From Octopus sinensis (taxonomy: Eukaryota): a stretch of 64,000 bases of DNA. Under the pieces are notes generated by a model, which saw only the letters and a program-made list of their open reading frames with translations, made no database searches and was not told where the DNA came from. Positions within the stretch are counted from its first letter, which is position 1, and each line of letters starts with the position of its first letter. Position numbers and translations under genes: made by a program. Below are positions 24,961 through 37,500 of the stretch, in pieces. Location: assembly GCF_006345805.1 (NCBI RefSeq), contig NC_042999.1, positions 7,502,001-7,566,000 of the forward strand, written 5' to 3'.

Positions 24961-25700
24961 CTGATGATGATGATGATGGATTTGTCTTTTACATATACAA
25001 CTGACATCATCATCATCGTCATCATCATCATCGCTGCTATTATCTAACCAGCGAGCTAGCAGAATCGTTAGCACACCGGGCAAAATGCTTAGCGGCATTT
25101 CATCCAACTGAGTTCAAATTTCGCCAAGGTCGACGTTGCCTTTCATTATTTCAGGCTCGATATAAGTACCAGCCTAGTGCTGGGGTTCGATGTAATCGAT
25201 TGAGACCATTTCCCGAACTTGCTGGCCTTGTACGAGACTTTGAAATTAATATCACGTCTCACTGATAAGGTGAGGAGCTGGTAGAAACGTTAGCACACCG
25301 GGTAAAATGCTTACCGATCTTTACGTTCTGAGTTCAAATTCCGCCGAGGTCGACTTTGCCTTTCATGCTTTCGGAGTCGATAAATGAAGTACCAGTTACG
25401 TACTGGGCTCGATCTAATCGACTGGCGTTTCCCCAAAAGTTTAGGCCCTTATGTCTAGAGTAGAAAAGAATATTATTCTCACTCATAAGGCAGAGAGTTA
25501 GAACTGTTAGCAAGCCGGACTGGATGCTTGACGCCGCATTTTTTTCGGCGCTTTACACACTGAGTTCAAATTCCGCCGAGGTCAATTTTACCGTTCATCT
25601 TTTCATGGTCGAGAAAATATAATACCCGTCAAATACTGGGGTTGATGTTATCGACTTTGCACGCTTTTCAAAATCGCTTGATTTGTTCCAAAACTAGAAA
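23810..25700. mobile_element. Cluster of SINE family 2 fragments in both orientations, plus a decayed tail-Y SINE fragment at about 24400-24550
   Basis: Repeated gtcgactttgcctttcatcc / gagttcaaattccgccgagg modules at about 23810, 24250, 24780, 25050, 25270 and 25490. Confidence 0.75.
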
Positions 25701-27176
25701 GAATTACTGTCTTACTCCATTCGCAGCCAGCATTAAAACCATAAAACAGTCTACTTTGACTTCCATTCCAGAATCTCTAAACTAATACATTTTACCATTT
25801 ATTCCACCTCAGTTCTTCCTCTACAAACGTTCTCTTCGTACCCGGCCAAACAATAACAATATTTAAAACAAAAACTCTTATCCTCATGTGCACACTTTAT
25901 TTTCAACACCAAGACCATTTTTCTATCTTTTATTTTAGGTTTAAACAAAAAAAAATTAATCAGAGGAAGACGAAATCAATAGATCTATTCTTTTCTTTCT
26001 TTTTCTTTTTTCAATGAATTTGAGAAATTCTAATGATGAAAAATTGCTAAATGTCTTATTTTCTCTCACTCCTATTTCATTTCTAGCAGAGTTGTGATCA
26101 GCTTAGTTTATCATGGAAACAAAGTTGGCAGCACCGGGCCAAACTATTGCTGCTGCCGTTAATCTAATTATAGCAATGTTTCCGCGACAAAGAATTCACC
26201 GCAACACCTTTCATTTTCAACACATTTAAGCATAAATTGTAAGAATGCTGAAGAATGGTTTCATGTTTTCTAGAACATAATTGCTTGCGTGGAAAGCATT
26301 AGAACGTCGCAGATCCATAGAATGGGTTTTGTTGTAAAGCTATCAAATCTTATGTTGAATGGTCTTATAGCTTTTCTACTTGGCATATGAAATGCTGGTT
26401 ATTGTAAAGAAGCCAAAGAAATAATCGCCTTTTATGTTAAGCGCAAAAGATTTCGTTGCTGTCAGGAATATATTTAGGGACAGTTTTTGTTTTTATATTT
26501 TCAGTTTAGTATAATAAACGATTTCAGTTTTGCTTTTTATCCGCAAGCTGATTCTATCGTTATATCATTTGTTATATTAGTTTTATTGCTTTTAATTTAT
26601 TTAATCTTACTTAACATTTTGCCCATTACTGACGTATTGAGTTATGGGTGACTTATTTCGACTTCGTTTTACTCATAAAAAGGGAGAACTTTTTGTAAAT
26701 TCATAGGCGGATATATCCTATATTACAGGATATAGCTTAAGTTGTAGGAGAAAGACTGTCAAATATTTTATAGAATTTACGACAGAATGTCTTATGGAAA
26801 GCCATACTAATGTTCCATACCTTTCTGGATAAGTGCGCTTTGTCACTAAAAACACTCGCAGTTAATTTTGTTTTAAGTGCACTTTTTAGAATATGCCACC
26901 GCAGAGTCGCTAATGTATCAATGTAAACTCAAGAGAGTAAACATATATATATATATATATATATAGTACAAAGTAAGATAGGGGTTATGGGTGTAACCCA
27001 CTATGGGATATCATTTATCCAATATACATCTATTGATTTATATAATATTTTTGTAATATTTTTGTATGCTTTTGATGTTCTCATTTGTAAAATGAATAAA
27101 TAATCCAACATTATAATATCCGTAAGTTGATGGACAAACCAAATTTGTTTCTCCATTTTCTTATTTGTATTATATA

Positions 27177-28466
27177 CGAGGGGCGTTCAATAAGTAATGC
27201 CCCTGACCCACTTGCATTTGTTTCATCGGGCTGAAATTTTGCATGTGCAATTATTTATATCTTTATAGAGGAAGTGGCAAATTACAGCTCTGAATTAATT
27301 GTGGTTTCTGATTTACAGGTGTTTGAACCGAGTCAAGTGTGAAATGGAGCCTGTTGAGTGTCGAGCAGTGATCCGGTTCTTGTATTTGAAAGGACGCACA
27401 CCACGGGAGACTTTTGATGAAATGAAAGTAACTTATGGTGATGATGCCCCATCATATGACCTTGTAAAACGCTGGCATCGTGAATTCAAACATGGTCGGA
27501 ACTCTGTGGAAACAGCTCTCAGATCTGGTTGCCCCCTTCTGCCATTGATGAGGCATCTGTCCGTCAAGTTGAGGCTACCATTTTGGAACATCGACGCATA
27601 ATTATTCGCCAAATAGCCCATGAGGTCAAGATTAGTACCGGGTCTGTGGAAACTATCATTCATGACCATTTGCATATGCAAAAGGTGTCTGCCAGACGGA
27701 CTCCTAGGTTGCTCACACCTTTCCAGAAGCAAGAACGCGTCGAGTGCTCGAGGGTGAATTTGGAGATGTGCCAAGAAGATGAGTCAAAATTTTTCAAAAG
27801 ACTGATTACACAGGATGAAACCTGGGTCCATCACGATGATCCAGAGACCAAAGCCCAGTCAATGCAGTGGAAGCACCGTGACTCACCCCCTCCAAAGAAG
27901 GCAAGGGTGCAGCCCTCCGCTGGCAAGGTCATGCTCACAGTCTTCTGGGACCAGGACGTGTTAGTGATGACAGATTTCCTGGCAAAAGGTACCACAATTG
28001 CAGGAGCCTATTATGCTTCACTTTTGAGGAAATTAAGAGAAGTTATCAAAATCAAGAGGCGGGGCAAGATCAGCAAAGGCATCCTCCTCCTGCAGGACAA
28101 CGCTCCGGTCCACAACTCGCTTGTCGCCAAATCAGAAGCATAGGCGTATGGCTATGAACTCCTCCCCATCCCCCTACTTTCCTGACCTTGCACCCTCTGA
28201 TTTTCACCTCTTCCCAATCACGAAGTTGTTTTCGAAAGGAAAGCGTTTCCCAGATGATGCAGCCTTGATTTCTGAAGTCACGTTGAGGTTGGAGGACCAA
28301 GCTGGGTTCTTCTACAAAAACGGTCTCCAGAGCCGCATCAAACGATGGGAGAAATGCGTAACCCTGGGTGGTTCCTATGTAGAAAAAGACTAATAACTGT
28401 GCCAAGTTTCGTTGCTCTACTGCTATGGGAAGTGGGTCAGGGGCATTACTTATTGAACGCCCCTCG
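27177..28466 (+). mobile_element. Mariner (DD34D) DNA transposon, full length (1290 bp), non-autonomous
   Basis: Perfect 37-bp TIRs at 27177-27213 and 28430-28466 (cgaggggcgttcaataagtaatgcccctgacccactt), with TA on both sides. Confidence 0.95.
27344..28393 (+). pseudogene. Mariner transposase pseudogene
   Basis: MEPVECRAVIRFL...; RTPRLLT (WVPR-like motif); ITQDETW, LQDNA and YFPDLAPSD supply the catalytic Asp triad. Frameshifts near 27535 and 28160, and a stop at 28141-28143. Confidence 0.93.
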
Positions 28467-29029
28467 TATATATACACATATGCTTTTTTCAGTCATTAGA
28501 CAGCAGCCATGCCGGGGTATCAGCCTAAAAGGTTATAGTCGAACAAATCCACATTATAACTGGTAAAACAAAAGAGCTCCCATATTGAGAGTGGTGAGAG
28601 TATGAGGTGATGAAAAGGAATTCTGGTGCGAGGAAATGGATGCGGAGGAAACGGGGAGAGGAACAGCGTCAGTGTAGCAGGACGAAGGGATGGGATGTGA
28701 GTGTGTGATCCATTGCTATCACATGATAAAAAGAGTAGTGTGAAGAAGGCAGCATGGGGTAGAGAAAGAGATGAGGATGGCGAGGAATTGGAGAGACTGC
28801 AGTTTTACATGGGAATGAGTGTGTCCCGAAAATAGAGAAAGAGAGAGAGAGAGAGAGAGAGTGGATAAGGAGGGAGAGAGAGAGGATAAGAGAAGGAGGG
28901 AGGGAGAGGGATGTCATGTGAAGCTTTGAAGAGAAGGCACCTAAGTAAAGTGGTCAATGAGAGGAGAAATGTGTGAATAAAGTGCAGAGGGAAAAGTGTG
29001 GTTTCGACAGAAGTATAAAGGAGGGGGAG

Positions 29030-29122
29030 GAAGAAGAAGAAGGAGGAGAAGAAGAAGAAGAAGAAGAAGAAGAAGAAGAAGAAGAAGAAGAAGAAGAAGA
29101 AGAAGAAGAAGAAGAAGAAGAA
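29030..29122. repeat. (GAA)n microsatellite
   Basis: Direct inspection. Confidence 0.95.
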
Positions 29123-29127
29123 GGATT

Positions 29128-29253
29128 ATTCGTTTATAGCTGAGTGGACAGGAGCAACGTGAAATAAAGTGTTTTGCTCTGGGGAGTCTGGGAATCGAAA
29201 TCACAATCTAACGATCGGGATTGCAGCACGCCTGACCACTTGGCCACACGCCG

Positions 29254-29256
<3 letters not shown>
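29128..29256 (-). mobile_element. tRNA-derived SINE, head B, decayed
   Basis: Reverse complement gacggcgtgtggccaagtggtcagg...ttcgattccc...acactttatttcacgttgctcc is similar to 61038-61150. Confidence 0.65.
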
Positions 29257-29286
<30 letters not shown>

Positions 29287-29654
29287 ACACACACACACTC
29301 ACACACACAGAGTGGCGGACTGGGTGTACCAATATTGGTTGCCAGGAGACTAAGCCTCACCCCTCCGCAACTACAATGCTATCATCTTTTTTTCTTTTGT
29401 TAAAAGTATTCTTTTCAACTGTTTACAAAGCCAGGCTGAAATAATGAATGCATTCTTCCAGGAGTGATTAAAAAATTCTTTTCACACTTGAGGGGGATGG
29501 GCTCCTTAAACACTAATACGGACCCCTATATATGGATTCCAATGGCGCAGAGGCCCACTTGCCATCGGTCAAGCTGGCAACAGGGCCAGTCCGCCACTGC
29601 ACACACATACACACAAACACACACATACACATGTGTATATGTATATATGTACGT

Positions 29655-29860
29655 GACCTCGTGTGTATCGTTGGCGATTTTTTTCCTCTGTCTTCCCTTC
29701 TCTGGATCTTTCCTTCTCCTATGTTTCCGACGAAGAGCTCCGCTCGAAACTTTAAACCCTCCTTCTTTCCTTCTTTGCTGAGCGTCCAATAATACTATAT
29801 TTGTTCCATGTCCTCGCATTCTTGTGTTTTTTTTGTGCTTTCTTGTTTGGATTAACTATA
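29655..29860 (+). mobile_element. Penelope-like terminal repeat fragment with a minimal hammerhead motif at 29723-29757
   Basis: gttt CCGACGA a GAGC tcc GCTC GAAAC tt t aaac. Its 3' end (ttgttcc...ttggattaactata) recurs inverted at about 58760-58820. Confidence 0.6.
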
Positions 29861-30397
29861 TATGTATGTATATGTGTACGAAGAAATGAATTGTTAAGCA
29901 TTTCGGATCTAAAATCCACTCACAACACCTGAAGCTCCACTTCTATTTGATAAGCAGCGATACAGCAAGTAAACGAGTGTGATGCGTCTTCCACATATAT
30001 CCGCTGCTTTTCCACGCGTTTGGATGACTTCATCAATAAAACATATCAAGCAGGAAATGTAATTTAAAATAATCACTTGCTAGAGGTAAAATAGTTTTAC
30101 ATAAATTATAACGTCAATCTCGGAACATTTGATTCTTTTTTCACTTGGCAAGATTTGAAAATTTGGTACTTAATTTTAAATTGAAAAAAAAAAAAAAAGA
30201 AAGAATTTGGAGTAGACCACATTAAAACTTTGATATCTAAATAAATAATGATGCCGAAATAGTAAGCGTTTCCATCAGAAATAACAACACGCCAAGACAC
30301 ATACATACATGCATACCCACACATGCACATTCCCGTACACGCTCATGCGCACACACTTCAGTGGAGAGTTCAATTGTTTTATAGGTGTCGGTCTTGT

Positions 30398-31060
30398 AGG
30401 GCGGCGAGCTGGCAGAACCGTTAGCACGCCGGGCGAAATGCGCAGTCGTATTTCGTCTGCCGTTACGTTCTGAGTTCAAATTCCGCCGAGGTCGACTTTG
30501 CCTTTCATCTTTTCGGGGTCGATTAAATAAGTACTAGTTACGCGCTGTGTCGATATAATCGACTTAATACCTTTGTCTGTCCTTGTTTGTCCCCTCTATG
30601 TTTAGCCCCTTGTGGGTAGTAAAGAAATAAGAATCGTCAGCACATAGGTAAAATGCTTAACAACATTTCGTCCGACTTTATGTTTTGAGTTCGAATTCCC
30701 CCGAAGTCGACTTTGCCTTTATCCTTTCGGGATCGATAAAATATAGTACCATTTGAATACTGGGTCGATGGAATCTACTTTTACCTTCCATTGAAATTGC
30801 TGGTCTTGTGCTAAAATTTGAAACAAATACAATCATTGAAGTCAGGGCGGCGAGGCGGCAGAGCCGTTAGCAAGCCGGACAAAATGCTTAGCAGCATTTC
30901 GTTCGTTTTTACGTTTTGATTTCAAATTCCAACAAAGTCGACTTTGCCTTTGATCCTTTAGCGGTCGATAAAATGAGTACAAATTGAGCAGTTGAGTCGA
31001 TATAATCGACTTGCTCCCACCTCTGAAGTCACAGGCCTTGTGCCAAAATTTGAAACCAAT
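30398..31060 (+). mobile_element. Head-to-tail array of three SINE family 2 copies
   Basis: Family modules start at about 30398, 30630 and 30845. Confidence 0.8.
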
Positions 31061-31971
31061 TTAATTACCGAATTTCAAGGTCTAACGATTTCCAGTTTTG
31101 CTATTGGGTTTCATATTCACGGCTGATAAATAGTTTTTACCGTGATGGCAGTAGGATAAATTCCAGGTGATCTTTTGTACTGTTGGTGTTTCTATCTCCC
31201 ATCTTCCTTGAAAAAGTGAAGCTAGGTTAAATGATTTTCAACGTTGAGATTTAATAATTGAGGATTCTGTAAGGTTTTGCGATGCTCTTCAGGGAGCCTC
31301 GATGAACGCTCTTCAAAACAATTTGAAATTTAATAAAGTTCGATGACAATGGTTACGGGAACTCCACACAGTGATTAATCACGTTTCGTATGGTGAGGGT
31401 TTATTCCCATTAAGGTCGCCTCTCTCTCTCTCAGTGTCCTGACTCACCGCAGCGACGGTGCTCGTCTTGTTCCAATTTATATTGTGCTTTTAACACAAAG
31501 CTCTGAGATTTTATCTATTTTATCTATGATAATTCTACAGCTTCATGTCTGCTCACAGAACGGGCGCGTGCATGTGTATTAGTGTATTATTATGAGTGTT
31601 ATAAAATAATACTTTGAGTGTAATATAATATTGATATGATATTGTGAGTGTAATAAAAAAAAAAAAAAAAATAATATCTACCTAACGATCTATCGTTTTA
31701 TTTTATTTTTCCTTTTTTTTCTTTTCTTTTTTTCTTTCTTTTTCTTTCCTCCTTTTTTGTTTTTTCTCTTCTTTCTCTTTCACGATCCCTTTTGATCGAA
31801 AACCTACCCCACCATTTTCTTTTTCTTTTTCTTTTTTTTTCTCTCCCCCAAAAAAAGAAAAGCTCTACTTTGTAATCTGTCCCGTCTGGGTGCAGCGCTG
31901 TGTGGCTAATAAAGAAATATATCTCTTAGTTATTAGCCACAGAAGCAGACTTTGCAATGAATATGAATTAT

Positions 31972-32156
31972 CACATCCAGCCTAATATATTTTGAATGCC
32001 GTAAACTGCGCTAAACGTCCTTAGAAAACATCTAGTATAGACGTTAAACGATAGAATCTGTGCTTTTTATAGCATCTAACGTCTATAATGTTTTCATAGG
32101 ACATTTACCGCAGTCTACGGCGTTCCAGAGGACACGCCCAAGTTAAGTTGGATGTG
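31972..32156. repeat. Foldback / MITE-like inverted repeat
   Basis: cacatcca...tggatgtg ends, with internal arms gccgtaaactgcg / cgcagtctacggc and tatagacgtta / taacgtctata. No TSD identified. Confidence 0.55.
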
Positions 32157-32164
32157 CTAATTAA

Positions 32165-33690
32165 TATATACACTCTATTCTTTTCAGTTTATGCGTTTTG
32201 GACTGTGGCCATGCTGGGAACATCGAATATTATCCCCTTCTCAATGGCCATTGTTTGGTGAAGTAGAGATTTTATATTGCGGCCTCCTTTTGAGTTCCTT
32301 GTCGTGCTGTAGGTTCATTTGGAATCTGGGGCAGCAAGAGGTTGTTTCTTGAAAACATCTGCACTCCAGGTAGAACTCTGATTTGTTGTCAAGATACTAA
32401 ACAGCTGTGAGCATTTGAATCCCAAGCTATCGAGTTTCTCGGTGCCTAAGTTTTTCACCAACACTTGTAGGATATTTCATATGTATATCACTACATATCC
32501 CTCCCGTCTTTACTTTAGGAAGTAGAGTCGTGATTTTTTCAGTCTCTTCCAGGTGCTCAGCTCTTTCATTGATGCAATATTCCTTGTGTAGCACCGCTGA
32601 ACAACTTCGAGTTCCACTATTAATTTGACACTGTGGGGTGACCACAGTTGAGAGTAGTATTCCAGACGCCTGAAAACAAAGGTCCTCCGTAGAACCAGCA
32701 TTGTTTCCTGGCCCCTTGTTCTGAAAGTTCACAGGATCCATTCGATCACTCGTCCGAACATTGCCACCATCTTGAGGATATGCACGTGAAACGAGGCGTT
32801 ATGACACATATCAATACCCAGATCATGCACTGTACCTGACTCTGGGATTATAGCATCGCTGTTGCGTCATGTTAGCAGAAACTAGCTGATAGCGAAAGGA
32901 TTGGAATTTTCCCGTATTAAAACGCATGTTGTTCTCTTCAATCCCTTTATGGCATTTGGGTCTTTCTGTAGAAGATCAGCATCGAAAAGTTCCTTGACTG
33001 ATTATAGTACTTTTATATCGTTGGCATAACTAATTAGTGTGGCTCTCTGTTTAACTGATGTCATGTCCGAAAGAGCTACCATAAACATTTGCGGCCCAAG
33101 ACAATTCCCTGAAGAACTTCCCTCTCTGCTACTATCTCCATGAAACGGGCCTCTTAGCCTGCTACAACTTGGTTTCTGTCTCTTAAGAAGTAATTTAATT
33201 GCTCTGTCAGTAGTTACAAACATGAGTGCCGTATTTGTAAGGAAAGGCAGAGACTCTACTCGCCTCTGTTCATGCAGTGACATACTCGAGAGGAGGCGGG
33301 TCCAGGCCACTCGACATTAAGGAGGTTAAAGTCTTCTAGAAGGACCACGTGAAGTCTGTCGTCTAGGTTGCTTAATACATCTCTCATCTTGCCGAGAATC
33401 TCTTCGAATGATTGCCCATGGTTTAGAGCATCCACCGGGCGAAATACAGCACATATAACCATCTTGATCTGTTAAATGTGTTCTATCGGTGTGTCACTAA
33501 CTGAGTTTCAGTGTAAGAGCAGGACGACAGGGGTAACAACTTCCCGGGTGTACATGGCACCTCCACCAGTAAGTTCTCTCCAGTCAGTTCGAAAAACAAC
33601 ATGCTTCGGTGTGTGTATCTCTACGTCTACCTTGCAAGCGTCCAGATGTGTTTCTGTTAGTGTTAAACATAAAGCTTCATTACATGTAAC
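32165..33690 (-). mobile_element. Decayed, internally deleted CR1-like LINE (APE endonuclease fragment plus RT C-terminus)
   Basis: Minus-strand remnants: VFRTDWRELTGGGAMY, VICAVFRP and LLEDFNLLNVEW (endonuclease); YFLRDRNQVV, QGIVLGPQMF, YANDIK and RLEYYSQLWSP (RT). Many frameshifts. Confidence 0.8.
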
Positions 33691-34522
33691 TAAATCCCTC
33701 TGAGTGAAAGTATGAGGTTTTGAGTGAGTGAGTGAGTGAGTGAGGTGTTACAAGGTTCCGGACTTTCAGCCAGAACTATAGTATGTCACATATCTACCTT
33801 TAAATCAATGAACTTAAACGTAAATACTTGGTTTGTACCCCTGCTGCCCTTAATTGTTCGTAATCACCCCCGATTTCCACAGCCAAACTTATAAAAATAT
33901 TATCCTATTTATTATTCATTCCATAAGAAACATTTTTACAATATTTTGGTTTTGTTTAAATTCTGGAATGTTCCTTATTTCACTCCTTTAATTTGAACTT
34001 TGTACACATAAATCCAGTAATTACCTCTTCAAATGAACTTGTTATTACTTTCTACTAATTGCCACATACATCGCTAAAAGATTTGTCATTATAATTATAT
34101 TATGTTACTAAACTGTAATTACACATAATACCATAATTATTTCGTTGCAGTTCTATCCTACAAGAAAGTCGATATATTCTATATAAATGCGGAGGTGAAA
34201 TACTCGCAAACTAATTTTGAACATACGCAAGAGGAATTTAAGTATCTTCCTCAAAGAACTAGACAATTTATCGAGCTTACACGATAATAAAATGCTATAA
34301 TGTTTGTGAATATTTTGATGTAGTAATGCCATTTTAATTCGATTGCAATTTTAATAAACATAAACTGAATATTTAGAAAAGATAGACTCATTCTATTTAA
34401 TCTACCCAAGTAATTGTTTGTACTTTATCGATCCCAAAGTATCTCCCAAGAAAGATAAAAATTATTTGCAAGTAACTCGAATATTCCGCTGACTCATCCA
34501 AATTCAACATAATATTTTCTAC

Positions 34523-34572
<50 letters not shown>

Positions 34573-37500
34573 ATGAAACAAACAAATCGATTATTTCGAA
34601 ATCTTATCCACTCAAACAGCCTCCATATCATAATATTTGGTTGGAACAGAGATATTAATTCGGGAAAACTACAATTAGAATCAAAATACATTTTCTTGTA
34701 TCTAATAATATAGAAACTGCATGAAAATAAAGATAATTTCGTTTCTAAATTTTCTCTTGTGTGTGGGGGCATATTTACTGTTACACTCATCACATGCGCT
34801 ATTTTTATTGATTAGTTTTCTGAGACTTAAAAAAGGTTTACAGTTTGTGATGTTTACGTGAAATTAACTGATTTATTTTATGTTTTATTTTATTTTTAGC
34901 CGGAATTACAGATATGGCTTTATTGTATGTTTCTAAGTGGGAATATTTGAATCTTAGGGGAAAAAAAACACATAAAAAAATACAAATAAAAGAAAACAAA
35001 AAATAAGCAAAATTATTCTGATTTCCCTAGAAGGTAAAAATTCTCATAAAATTTAAACAAATCCATCACGAAATGCAAAAGGTAAGATGCAAAAGGTAAG
35101 ATGCAGGTATTCATCTCAGCGTTTCATTTGTGAAATATTGATGAGAGAAAGAAAAACATAAACGATGCTTTAAGACCCATTTCTATGAAAACCTTTTCAA
35201 TGTTTTTATTTCACAATATATTGGTACTAAGTTTTAAGTCAGTAATAGGTTCATGGAAGAACAACTTAATATCAGATCAAAGCCAGTTATTTAGTGCTTT
35301 CGAAGATCTCCTTTTGTCATGTGAATTCAAATTTTGCAAGGTGTGTCATCCTGTCAAAGTAGACATCTGGGCACTAGTGATGTCAGGGGAACCATGAGCT
35401 TCCTTAATAATCCTGCAACTTCTATTTTCTATAAAAGAAGAAAAGGACCCCAAGGAAGATACACTTTCAGAGTTCATTAAAATATTTTCTTACCGAACAT
35501 AATAACTTAAGAACGTTGCTTTTTACGAACTGTATCTTGAGTGGCCAATAATAAACACACGCACCGGTTGTATTTCACTTCATTATTTCTTATCTGTCAC
35601 TTCGATGACCATTTTACCAATCGATCGTTTGGTTAGTTGTTCGGCCAATCAATCAGTCGGCGAGGTTTGCCAGAGTCGTTGCGTCGTCTTTCACAACTTC
35701 ATCAATGGCGAGTCCTCTCCGTTACAGGTCACATTCAGTTCTCTCTGTTTTCTAGATCACAGGGTTTATATTTATATCTATATGGATTTATGTGAGATGT
35801 GGAGAGAAAGAGAGAGAGATAGATAGAAAGAAAGAGAATGAGAGAGAGTGTTTGTGTGTGTGCGTGTGTGAGCGATGGTCTGTGTGTGCGCGTTGATGTG
35901 CGTTTGGCTGTCAGTGGGGATTGTGTCTGTGAGAGAGAATATGTCTGCGTGTGTGCAAGGATCAAATTATTTATTGTGAGACTAAGACCGAAAATTGTCG
36001 ACAAAGTAACTGTCGTGACCGTGATTGATCTTGTTTCGATTTTATGATGACCCAGGTCTATTTTAAAAACAAATCACTGTAAAAGGATTTTGACGTCAAC
36101 ATCGTTTCTCCCCCCCCCCTCCTGTCAGAAAAAAAAAATTAATATCATTCAGAAAGAGCAAAATGGATAATTTACTGCTATTATATTTATATTTATTTAT
36201 TTATTTATCATTGTTCGGCATTACTTCGCAAATGCATCACAACTGGTGCCTGGCATCAGCATCCATCACCAGAATTTACAGAGGTGACAAAAAGAAATAC
36301 TAAAATAATGTGAAATATAGAAAAATAAAAACGCAACAGCCACATAGAACCGCATGCGATTTATTTTGGAACGACTCCTCTCCTGATATGATTCCCTTCA
36401 CCATAAAAGGGAAAATAAGTTATTTTTATACAAGAGGAATGTGTAAATAATGTAAAAGCCATATTCTCCAGATAGAGTTTAGTTTGTTGTCTATAATAGA
36501 TCGTAAAAGACTATGTAGGTGAAACACTCTCAGCGTTGAAACGCTAACTCTATTTTATATGGGTATCGATCGGTTCGATTATTTTATTATGAAACATAAT
36601 TGCCTCGCTGTATCAGTTTCTGAACTCCAACTATAAAATATTTAAAGAAATATATTTGTTTTTTATTTTTATCTTTCAAGGTATGTGTGCGCGCGCGTAT
36701 AGCGATCGGCAAATAATTTTCTGTTGATCAATGAGGTTTAACTTGGAGCTGAGGTCGCTGCAATATTGAACAGGAGAATTGAAAGAAAATAACGTTATTG
36801 ACGGCGCCGAGGTAGGAAGAGTTTTGCGGTGGTAGGTTATCGTTTAAAGTGATCAGGATTCTTTACACCTTAATATAGTTGAAGGAAAATAGCTGCACGC
36901 TAAGTTTAAACATGTTAGAATCTCACCTGTTTATAACTTCGAGTGAATAATTACCAGAACTATTACTATGTATTATCCGAACTATTGCTGTGTAGAAACT
37001 CCATCAAAAAACTATTTAAACTTCTACAAAAACAAAAAATAATTGAGGTAACCCTATACATAAAGCTGGTCAATATTGTTTGACAGTACATACAAAAAGC
37101 AATGGACATGGTTCGAATTCATTATGCCTCGTCAGCGAATTATTCAAAATACAGACAAATAGAGAGGAAAGTGAAGTTGATTATGAATACCACGGATATA
37201 GCTGACAAAACATTACAAGGACGTTCTGTATATTAAAAACAGATTCTGTAGACTGTCACATATATACTGCGTGGTAATTCTTCAATCACCTGAGCTTATC
37301 CGAAGAATTATTGATCCAGACTTCAGTGTTTATAACTTCTAGAAAATAAGTTCGGTGATTTGAATATTTTTGAAAGTAAATCTTTTAGCAACAGTCTATC
37401 GGAGGCTTTCGTAATATAGATGTTCCGTTCGTCGTTAAAAAGAATATAATTCAAACTCTTAATCTTTCCCAAGATCTCATCTGGTGTCTGGGATTAAACC

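Noticed and set aside
28610-29030. Purine-rich block resembling the GA-rich units at 50.6 and 54.8 kb
   Set aside because: Only compositional similarity; no shared specific motifs were found by eye.
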